Below, piece after piece: positions 19,991 to 27,811 of a DNA stretch of 52,602 bases. A program made the translations under genes and the position numbers. Under the pieces are notes generated by a model. That model was not told the origin of the DNA, made no database searches, and worked only from the letters and a program-made list of their open reading frames with translations. Each line of letters begins with the position of its first letter. Position 1 is the first letter of the stretch. This DNA comes from a virus. Its lineage: Duplodnaviria > Caudoviricetes. The stretch lies in the IMG/VR virus record IMGVR_UViG_3300001683_000042, positions 1 through 52,602 of that record, one strand, 5' to 3'.

Positions 19991-21714
19991 TATATTGTTC
20001 CTGGAGCGCCGGGTTGTTCATTTCCAGTAATTGGAGATGCTGTTCCTTCTGGAGCAGGCATTCCACCTGGACCTCCATCGGCCGGCAGTTCTTCGCCTGG
20101 TAAAAGTTCAGGTTCCATGGGTTGCATCATAGCTGGATCCATTGGTTTAACTCCAACTGCTCCTAATCCACCTATATCACCTTCTTGATCTAATTGTGTG
20201 TCTTGTTTATTATTTTCTTGTCTCCACATTTGCTCATTTTCAACCATTTCGTCTTCGGAAAGTGCCAAATATTTTTTCATTGCAAAACGTTTAGACATAA
20301 ATGGTGCCTCAGCAATTCCACTGAATACAGATGCTCTTGCTTGATCTACTTCTACTTCTCTATATTGACTAAAGCTCTGTGGCTCAGTAAATCGTAATTT
20401 AAACGTACCAGAATCAATATTAATTCCTTTCCATTTTAAAAAGAGTTTAAATTCTTTATCAAATGTCGGTCCTAATAATGCTTGTATACGTTGACAATAT
20501 TTTGTAAATCGAAATTCTTGAATAAATGCTGTTCCTACTCTTCCATCAACAAAACTAGCAGTTCCATCATCAGGACCAGTTGGGAGATAAGAACTAGGAA
20601 TTCTAAGAGCTCTTAAAATTTTATTAGTAAAATACCTTAAATCATCTATCTGTCCTAAGTTTTCGCCTCCTGGTAACACTTCAACTTTGGACCCTCTTCC
20701 TTCTGCTGTTTGTGCAAAAAAATAATCTTCCATTATAGAAAGAGGATTATAACTGGCATCCATAATTGTAGTTCCGCCGCCAGTCTTGTTAGGTATTCTG
20801 CGTTGGTGTATTTCATTTTTTACACGTTCTACAAAACCCATTGCTTTATGTGATGGCATGTTTCCTACATCTATATAAAATACTCTACGTTCTGGTGCCC
20901 GTTGTACTCTGTAAATTATAATCGAATCTTCTAACAGTTCTTTTTGCTTGTATGTTTTGAAAACCGAATCTAGAATGCTCTGTCCAAAAGGCCAATTAGC
21001 ATCCATGCCTTCTGTCATTCCTATATGTACCATATGATTTGCATCAACACCATATTCTTCTTGTTCTCCACCACCATAGCCACTTTGACTATGACCGCTC
21101 ATTGTACCATATGCACCTCTATCTATAATACCACCTCGTTGCATAGCAGTAACTGATGCAAATTGATCACTATGAGGAATAATATTTGATGCTGTTTTTT
21201 CTTGTAAATTTAATGCTAAATTACGAACAATATATTGTTCAGGTTCTTTACCTTTTGCTTCATTAATAATAACTTTTGTAACATCCATAGGATTGACCCA
21301 ATTCCATTCGTATGTTTCTGGATCACGGATAAAAAATTGGTCTCCATATTTGCATGTGTTTCTAAATATTCTCCAAATACGTTTATCCCAATCATTTAAA
21401 TTATTCCATTGTTCTAATGCTTTTTCTAATAATGCAACTTCTGTTTCTGTAGAATCTTCTTTCCATTCTACTTCAAATGGAATATTTGTTTTGGTGGCAA
21501 ATTGTGTAGAAAATTCTGCAATTGTATCTAATGCGGCATTAACTTCAGAATCTATATCCATTTGGTCATATTGAACATAGCGTTCAATTCTATTAGGTTG
21601 TCCTGTATAAACTTCGGGTAACCAAGAACCAAATTTACTTGCACTTGTATGTGATTGACCTACTCTTTTAGTATTTCCAAATTGGTATACTGTAAAATGT
21701 TTTTTCCAACTCAT
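19990..21714 (-). CDS. gp20: Portal vertex protein (gp20-like)
   Basis: LLEDSIIIYRVQRAPERRVFYIDVGNMP, EDYFF...EGRGSKVEVLPGGENLG and ALRIPSSYL motifs. Confidence 0.97.
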   Translation of the reverse strand: MSWKKHFTVYQFGNTKRVGQSHTSASKFGSWLPEVYTGQPNRIERYVQYDQMDIDSEVNAALDTIAEFSTQFATKTNIPFEVEWKEDSTETEVALLEKALEQWNNLNDWDKRIWRIFRNTCKYGDQFFIRDPETYEWNWVNPMDVTKVIINEAKGKEPEQYIVRNLALNLQEKTASNIIPHSDQFASVTAMQRGGIIDRGAYGTMSGHSQSGYGGGEQEEYGVDANHMVHIGMTEGMDANWPFGQSILDSVFKTYKQKELLEDSIIIYRVQRAPERRVFYIDVGNMPSHKAMGFVERVKNEIHQRRIPNKTGGGTTIMDASYNPLSIMEDYFFAQTAEGRGSKVEVLPGGENLGQIDDLRYFTNKILRALRIPSSYLPTGPDDGTASFVDGRVGTAFIQEFRFTKYCQRIQALLGPTFDKEFKLFLKWKGINIDSGTFKLRFTEPQSFSQYREVEVDQARASVFSGIAEAPFMSKRFAMKKYLALSEDEMVENEQMWRQENNKQDTQLDQEGDIGGLGAVGVKPMDPAMMQPMEPELLPGEELPADGGPGGMPAPEGTASPITGNEQPGAPGTI

Positions 21715-21731
21715 ATATTATCCTATATCAA

Positions 21732-21739
21732 TATTTATT
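21732..21739 (-). promoter_or_regulatory. Putative late promoter (AATAAATA) for the portal gene
   Basis: Octamer just upstream of the AGGA RBS of the portal gene. Confidence 0.55.
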
Positions 21740-21741
21740 AT

Positions 21742-21770
21742 ATTATACATTATTATTATCTTTTTGTCAA
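21742..21770 (-). promoter_or_regulatory. Consensus sigma70-type promoter upstream of the portal gene
   Basis: TTGACA-17 nt-TATAAT, an exact consensus match. Confidence 0.7.
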
Positions 21771-21775
21771 CCATC

Positions 21776-24328
21776 CTATGTCACATATGACACATTGGCT
21801 CCTGGTTTACCTTGATTGTTAGTGGCTACTTTTTGTGCTGATATAGCGTTTGAGGAGGTTGCGGCGGCTGTTGTATCTATTGCACCGCCTTGAATTTCTA
21901 ATAATTTTCTTATTGCTTCTAATTTTAAATAAGAAGGATCAGTTTGTGCGGCGGCAAGTTTTGCTTGTGCTACATATCTAGTTCTTATTTCTTCTGAAGA
22001 TAATGATCTTTCTGCATCAGTTTTCTTCTGTACCCTGCCCATCATTTCATTAAATTCGGGATCATCGGGTGCAGTTGCGGCATCCATTGTATTATAACCT
22101 GCAATGGCACCTGCACCTGTTGCAAGCATCAGTAAAATAGGATTTGCTGTCATTATTCCCATTATGGCGCCCATAGCCGCACCACCTAATATACCTCCAC
22201 CACCTTTTGCTATTGCATTCGTAACAATTTGACCTAGTATTTTTTCATGCTCGTCTTCCTGTGCTTGGGTTGGCTTAGCAATGTCCGCATAGCGGTCTTT
22301 TTCAGCAGAATAGGCTTCGTGACCTTGACCTATTGCAGATACCATAGAAAATATGCCTGAGGCTGTACTTCCTCTTATACCTTTATATGCCCCTCCTTTT
22401 ACTCCGCCTTTAATTGCCCTTAATCCTGCTTTAGTAACCTCAGGCTTTCCGTTTACAACTTTATATTCTGTACCTTGGTGTTTAAATTTTTGTCCTTCAC
22501 TGTACGTATCACCACCTTTTATCTTAATACTTCTGTTGCCCGCCTTATCCCAATCTTTTTTTATATTTGCATCGGCGGCGGTCCTAGCCAACTTGTCTTG
22601 ATCTGCGCTTCCAAGGGTGGAGAGACCTAATATACCTGCGGCAAGAGCAGGCAGTCCTGGAATAGACATGCCAGCTCCTAATAAAAACTGTAAAGGATTA
22701 TCGGCAAGCATTTCAGCTACTTTTTCTGCCGCATCACCTGGCTTGCCTTTTGCAAACAGGCTAATTGCATCTGAAAATTGTTTAACTGAGCCTATTGCTT
22801 TATGTAGTTGTGTGGAAAGAGAACCTTCTGGTCCTACCAATGCCGTTGTTATACCCACTAATCCCGCTTGAAGGTTAGTTGTTATTTCTACCATTGCTTC
22901 GTTGGCTTTTAATACTGTTTCCCCTGCTTTATTGACGGCTGCCTTTTGCTTTATATCCTCTGCCCACATTGCCCGAGATTCTTTTGAGGTATCTCTTCCA
23001 TACATAAGCATATTAGCGGCCATATTTAATGATTCTTTTTGTTTTGCTAATAATGCATAGTTTTGGGTATCATATGCTCCAACTGATTCTTTTAATTTAT
23101 CATCAAATAATTTAAATGTTGCAGGATCAATTGCTTCCCCCGATCTTGCCATTTGATCCAAAACTGCACCTGCAGGTCCTAACATAGCCATAAACTCTGC
23201 ACCTTCAGCAGTTGCTTCTAATCCTCTACCTTGAGACTGTGCTACAATCCAAGCATCGATCATTGCATCTGCATTATCACCATATCGAGATTTCATTTCA
23301 TTTGTAATTAATTGTAAATTACTTTCAAATGTTTCTGCAGCCTCATCTTCACCTTTCATTCTAAGCATCATAGAATATGTTGATGCATCGGTTCTGTTCA
23401 TATTTTCTAATTGGGCTTTCATTAACTCTTTACGATTTCTACCTGTGTCGGCGGCATAAGCAGATACTTCTCCTGCTAATGCTTTGAAATTTTTCTTTAG
23501 ATTTGATGTTGAAACATCTGCTGTTATTCCTCGTTTTCTATCGGATTCTAAATATTCAGCTAGATATGAATCAACTTCTGTTACAGTAAATCCAAAATTA
23601 CCAAATTCTTGCATACTTGTTCGAACACTATGGGATAATTGGGCAAAGGCTAAAATACCTGGCTTAACTCCTTGTCTAGTCCATTTGTCCATTGCTGTGA
23701 CTGATTCATATGAAACCTCATTTAACCAATCTAATGTTACTGCATGTGTTCCGGCAATTCTTTCCATTTCACTTAATGGTACATTAAAACTAGCAACCGC
23801 CTCAGTTGTGGTAAGAATAGATGTACCTAAACCAAATCCCACATCGGTTAATCTACGTTGAGTATCAGCAAATTCGCCTACAACTTTTGTTGCTAATGCT
23901 ATACCTTGGCCTAATCCACCTGGCATCATAGCCAATGCATCGCCAATGCCTTTGCCTCCTACCATAGAAGCGGCAGTTCTTAAAATTTGTGCAGTTTGTC
24001 TAGGTAAAATACTACTTTGTTTTGAAGAAGCACTTACTAAATCTTTATGCTGTTTTTTCATTTGTTGCAAAGTCAAAAGACTATTTTTATTTGCTCTGTC
24101 TTGACTTCGTCTACTTGCACCGGTATTTGATGCCACATCTTGCATTTCAGCAAGATTGCTTCGTAAAATGCTCGCTTCTTGGTTTATACTCGAATCTATT
24201 GCGTCTAACCCATTTATTCGTTCTGCTTCTTGACTAGAAATAACCGATAATAGTTGGCTTAATGTATATTCTGTAGCAAAATCAGGAACTTCTACACTAC
24301 CTACTCCTGGAATTTGAATTTGAGCCAT
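21776..24328 (-). CDS. Probable tail tape-measure protein (gp29-like)
   Basis: 850 aa, Ala-rich and helical with Gly/Ala hydrophobic stretches near the C-terminus; divergent from the gp26-like gene. Confidence 0.6.
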   Translation of the reverse strand: MAQIQIPGVGSVEVPDFATEYTLSQLLSVISSQEAERINGLDAIDSSINQEASILRSNLAEMQDVASNTGASRRSQDRANKNSLLTLQQMKKQHKDLVSASSKQSSILPRQTAQILRTAASMVGGKGIGDALAMMPGGLGQGIALATKVVGEFADTQRRLTDVGFGLGTSILTTTEAVASFNVPLSEMERIAGTHAVTLDWLNEVSYESVTAMDKWTRQGVKPGILAFAQLSHSVRTSMQEFGNFGFTVTEVDSYLAEYLESDRKRGITADVSTSNLKKNFKALAGEVSAYAADTGRNRKELMKAQLENMNRTDASTYSMMLRMKGEDEAAETFESNLQLITNEMKSRYGDNADAMIDAWIVAQSQGRGLEATAEGAEFMAMLGPAGAVLDQMARSGEAIDPATFKLFDDKLKESVGAYDTQNYALLAKQKESLNMAANMLMYGRDTSKESRAMWAEDIKQKAAVNKAGETVLKANEAMVEITTNLQAGLVGITTALVGPEGSLSTQLHKAIGSVKQFSDAISLFAKGKPGDAAEKVAEMLADNPLQFLLGAGMSIPGLPALAAGILGLSTLGSADQDKLARTAADANIKKDWDKAGNRSIKIKGGDTYSEGQKFKHQGTEYKVVNGKPEVTKAGLRAIKGGVKGGAYKGIRGSTASGIFSMVSAIGQGHEAYSAEKDRYADIAKPTQAQEDEHEKILGQIVTNAIAKGGGGILGGAAMGAIMGIMTANPILLMLATGAGAIAGYNTMDAATAPDDPEFNEMMGRVQKKTDAERSLSSEEIRTRYVAQAKLAAAQTDPSYLKLEAIRKLLEIQGGAIDTTAAATSSNAISAQKVATNNQGKPGANVSYVT

Positions 24329-24339
24329 AAAATTTACCT

Positions 24340-24365
24340 AATAAATAGAGTTATATATATTTATT
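24340..24365. promoter_or_regulatory. Pair of opposed late promoters
   Basis: AATAAATA on + at 24340-24347 and on - at 24358-24365, within a 47-nt gap between divergent genes. Confidence 0.55.
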
Positions 24366-24375
24366 AAGGAGGAAG

Positions 24376-25449
24376 ATGCCAGAAGATGCAAATGTTATAC
24401 TAAATGAATTTTATGACATTAAGGAATCAAAAGAACAAGTAGAACAATTTATAGAAAAATACAAAGACACTAAAGATGCAGAACCTGTTATAAAAATAGC
24501 AACACAAGCATTAGATAATTTTTTAACTACAAACAAAACTACAGTTAAAAAAGAAGAACCAATCGAAGAACCTATAGAAACCAAAGAACATAATGTACGG
24601 CATACAGTATTAGAAACAACTTCTACTAATCCGTTAATGCAGTATCATAGACCTCCGGGTGTTTATGTTGTATTACCAAGTATGGGTAATTTTTATACAA
24701 ATAAACCTGCGTTATCTAGTTTAAATGAAGTGCTCGTGCGACCAATGACTGCTAGAGATGAATTATTATTCAAATCGCCCGACATTTTAATGAATGGGGA
24801 ATCATTGATTGAAGTAGTCAAATCATGTGTTCCAGGAATTGAAAATCCTGACGAAATACCAGGACCAGATTTTAGTGTTTTAATGTTAGCAATAAGATTA
24901 GCAACATATGGTAAAGATATGCCCTATAGTGCAGGGTGTCCTGACTGTGTTAGTACAACCGAATTTAATGTAGATATTGAATTTTTATTAGATACTCACA
25001 TTACTCCTCTCGAAAAAGAGTATAAAGTAAACATAGATAAATTAACTGTATACATTAAACCATACGATCTTCGTTGCCAAATTAGATCTGCTTTAGCTAA
25101 TTTTGAACGGCAAGCAATTACTAATAATATTCTAGCCGATACCAACTCAACAGATTCAGATAAACAACTGGATCTCAGTAAATCATTAAAAAAAATAACC
25201 GAAATAACATATGAATTGATATTACGGTCAATTATAAAAGTTGATACTCCTAATCAAAGTATTGAAGATAAACAAATGATTGCTGAATGGTTACATGATG
25301 TTGGTAAAAAAACATTTGAAATTATTTCAAAAAAAATAATAGAAGCAACCGATATTGGTTTTAATAGTAGTGTAGAGTTTAATTGCAAAGATTGTGCTAA
25401 ACCTGTTCCTACTCTTGTTATTTTTGATCCGACAGTTTTTTTCGGCTAA
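24376..25449 (+). CDS. gp26: Baseplate hub/tail assembly chaperone (gp26-like)
   Basis: LPSMG, VRPMTARDELL, AIRLATYG, two CxxC motifs (CPDC, CKDC), terminal VFFG; AAGGAGG RBS. Confidence 0.75.
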   Translation: MPEDANVILNEFYDIKESKEQVEQFIEKYKDTKDAEPVIKIATQALDNFLTTNKTTVKKEEPIEEPIETKEHNVRHTVLETTSTNPLMQYHRPPGVYVVLPSMGNFYTNKPALSSLNEVLVRPMTARDELLFKSPDILMNGESLIEVVKSCVPGIENPDEIPGPDFSVLMLAIRLATYGKDMPYSAGCPDCVSTTEFNVDIEFLLDTHITPLEKEYKVNIDKLTVYIKPYDLRCQIRSALANFERQAITNNILADTNSTDSDKQLDLSKSLKKITEITYELILRSIIKVDTPNQSIEDKQMIAEWLHDVGKKTFEIISKKIIEATDIGFNSSVEFNCKDCAKPVPTLVIFDPTVFFG

Positions 25450-25488
25450 GGCTCTTACACACGTCTCCTGAGGATATTCAGGAGCTTT
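25437..25488 (+). promoter_or_regulatory. Candidate programmed -1 ribosomal frameshift signal
   Basis: In-frame slippery heptamer T TTT TTC (25437-25443) just before the stop; downstream stem CTCCTGA/TCAGGAG; -1 frame open to 25673. Confidence 0.6.
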
Positions 25489-25496
25489 TTAAAGAA

Positions 25497-25673
25497 ATGA
25501 AAGAGGATGTAAGGGCCTTTCAGAAACATATAATTGAATTAGTAGTATATTCAGAAGTTATTTCATATAATGACGCTTGGAATTTAACTCAAACCGAACG
25601 AGAATTATTTTTTGAGATTATTAAAGAGAAAATGGATGCAAAAGCAGGAAAGAAGAAAACTGATATGCTTTAA
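25497..25673 (+). CDS. Small gp51-like hub assembly protein, or the frameshift extension of the upstream gene (not in the ORF track)
   Basis: 58 aa MKEDVRAFQKHIIELVVYSEVISYNDAWNLTQTERELFFEIIKEKMDAKAGKKKTDML; SY..AW.L...ER pattern; frame open from 25440. Confidence 0.7.
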   Translation: MKEDVRAFQKHIIELVVYSEVISYNDAWNLTQTERELFFEIIKEKMDAKAGKKKTDML

Positions 25674-26191
25674 AAACCTAGAGCTTCTAATTGTTTAATA
25701 CTATTACTTGCTGAAGTATGATGTATTCCTGTTCCTCCGGCAGAATTCCATTCCTTAATATTTTGTTCATGATCATCAATTAATATATTAGGTCGGCCAT
25801 CATGTGATTTAGCAAAATGTTTTTTATCTGGTCGCTTAACCGCATATACACGATCTTTACTGATACCTAAGTTTTTTTCGCACCACATTGCTTTTTGAAT
25901 TCCTGGAGGAGGATCCCATATTAACCGAACAGCAGGAATAGCGGTTAATATATATGGTTGGAAGGTTGAAATAAATCCCCAAAGTTGGCTCATGTCAGGC
26001 ATAGGAGGTAACTCTGCCCAAAACATTTTATCTTCTGCTAATTGATCCCACAATTCGTGGCTACCTTTAACGTATCCATAACGTTTTGCAAAGTCGTAAC
26101 CTAATATTTTAGTTGCACCTTTAATTAAATCTACTAAAACTCCATCCATGTCACAATATATTTGAGGATAGTCAACATCAGTTAATTTCAT
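25670..26191 (-). CDS. 5'(3')-deoxyribonucleotidase-like HAD phosphatase
   Basis: IYCDMDGVLVD HAD motif I, ILTA, K..W, ILIDD...NIKEW..AGG.GI.H. Confidence 0.88.
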   Translation of the reverse strand: MKLTDVDYPQIYCDMDGVLVDLIKGATKILGYDFAKRYGYVKGSHELWDQLAEDKMFWAELPPMPDMSQLWGFISTFQPYILTAIPAVRLIWDPPPGIQKAMWCEKNLGISKDRVYAVKRPDKKHFAKSHDGRPNILIDDHEQNIKEWNSAGGTGIHHTSASNSIKQLEALGF

Positions 26192-26205
26192 TTACCTTCC
26201 TTTAA

Positions 26206-26600
26206 TGATGAGCTTACGCTCATCACGATATTTCATTACTTCGTAATTCATATCGAATTTCTATTATTACTATTTAACTATTTCCTGAGAGTCAAGTCAC
26301 ACTTAGCCTGTTTACGGCTAAGTTAACTATTTCCTTCGGACATAGCACTTTCTAATAGAATAACCATTTGAAAACGAAAATTTCGTTTTCAAGTTAATAG
26401 GTTAAGGCGGTTGGGCTGTACCTTTTTACATTCTGCTTATCCAACGCAGGTTTATATAAAGCAATTAGATCTACCTTATATACCTTGCAGGTTCCAAATT
26501 GTCAGGAGAGCCTGCTCGTTTTTTACAGTTTTTGCCAACGGAGATCCGAACGAGCGTACTCGTTCTCAACCGGTCTTACGACAATTGAGGCTGTGGTACC
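26206..26600 (-). ncRNA. Candidate large structured non-coding RNA (about 400 nt), unclassified
   Basis: At least eight hairpins; UACG and GUAA tetraloops all read on the minus strand; a long-range helix; the largest non-coding gap in the window. Confidence 0.6.
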
Positions 26601-27106
26601 CCTTCAATTGAGAGGTCTTTAATTGAGCCATTGTTTTGTTTTATAAATTCATTGTAGCCTGTGAAAATCCAGCCTTTGTAATGTACATATTGGTGTATAT
26701 AAAATGAGGAATTAAGTAAGTGTTTTTGGAAGCCTATGTATTTGCCTTTGCGGTTAAATTTTAGTATTAGTAAGTTTAAGTCTTTTTCTTCTGCCACATC
26801 TAGTAGTTGTTCTATCCATTCGTCTAATAGCCTAATGTCGTCTTTAAATAAAAATTGGTGAAAAGGAAAGTCGGCATACGACTTACATTCAACATTAAAA
26901 TATTTCCAATCGTCGGGTGGTATTATGTCTCCTCTGAAGGATTGTACCTGACCTTCGGATAAATATTCTTTCCGTGCAACGTTAGAGCCGCCAACATAAG
27001 CACCCGACGAAGGAGTTCTTACAAAGCTCTCATTGTATAAATCTGATAGTTCTTTTGCTACTTCTCTTTCAAATGAACTGCCTTTAGTTTTACTTTTACT
27101 TGGCAT
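26576..27106 (-). CDS. Holliday junction resolvase-like PD-(D/E)XK nuclease (Hjc type)
   Basis: SKTKGSSFEREVA, RTPSSGA, GDII and VECK motifs. Confidence 0.82.
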   Translation of the reverse strand: MPSKSKTKGSSFEREVAKELSDLYNESFVRTPSSGAYVGGSNVARKEYLSEGQVQSFRGDIIPPDDWKYFNVECKSYADFPFHQFLFKDDIRLLDEWIEQLLDVAEEKDLNLLILKFNRKGKYIGFQKHLLNSSFYIHQYVHYKGWIFTGYNEFIKQNNGSIKDLSIEGVPQPQLS

Positions 27107-27788
27107 TAAGTATTTTTAATAATTTCCAAGGTGTAAAACATACAGTTCCTAAACTGAAATAATCTGCACCTTTACTTTTATAATAGTGTACAATATCTAT
27201 ATGATTAATTCCTCCGCCTGCGATAATCTTCACTGAGGGAAAGTGTGTCTTTATGTAATCGATGTGTTTGATCGTATAACTTATCAATTCTCTTCCGCTC
27301 AATCCTCCGCCAGTAATAGGCAGGGTGTTGGAACAGTGGATCTGACCAAACCCAATGTCTAATAATCGTTTGATTTCGTCCTCTGTAGATAGGGGCGATA
27401 TTTTGGCTATACACCATTGTCTTTTATTATCCCAAAACGCATTGTAAAACTTAGTAACTGTGTTTGGACAACTTAGATTGAATTCTAAGTTTATATAGTC
27501 TGGTATTACTCTTGCAAAGTCTTCCCAATCAATTGGTAGCATTGCGGCAATGCTTATAATTTCTTTACCGTTGTTTTTGTATTTATTAAGTCCGTGTTTT
27601 ATCCCCGGATTACGGAGTCCTAATTCGTTTTTCCAACCTTTCTTAGAAAAATCATATCTAAGAGTTTTAAATAGTTGTTTAATTAGTCCTCGTCTATGCA
27701 ACATTGTGTATGTACCTTTAACACTAATTGCGTTTTTATGTTTAATATAATTGCCAAATGGTGCCGCTATAAAAAATTTATTTTGCAT
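27096..27788 (-). CDS. pyrD: Short class-1 dihydroorotate dehydrogenase-like protein
   Basis: NELGLRNPGI, EFNLSCPN with the catalytic Cys, AKISP, SNT, GGLSG, IIAGGGI and GADYFSLGT. Confidence 0.82.
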   Translation of the reverse strand: MQNKFFIAAPFGNYIKHKNAISVKGTYTMLHRRGLIKQLFKTLRYDFSKKGWKNELGLRNPGIKHGLNKYKNNGKEIISIAAMLPIDWEDFARVIPDYINLEFNLSCPNTVTKFYNAFWDNKRQWCIAKISPLSTEDEIKRLLDIGFGQIHCSNTLPITGGGLSGRELISYTIKHIDYIKTHFPSVKIIAGGGINHIDIVHYYKSKGADYFSLGTVCFTPWKLLKILNAK

Positions 27789-27811
27789 TGAGATCGTATG
27801 CCTCCGAACAG

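Noticed and set aside
26274-26335. CRISPR mini-array
   Set aside because: Only two 13-bp copies and no cas genes in the window
26206-26600. Group I or II intron, tRNA, tmRNA or RNase P identity for the structured element
   Set aside because: I found no P/Q/R/S elements, domain V, cloverleaf or other diagnostic motif by eye, and both flanking genes look complete
26411-26611. 66-aa plus-strand ORF
   Set aside because: TTG start, antisense to the operon, and better explained by the structured element
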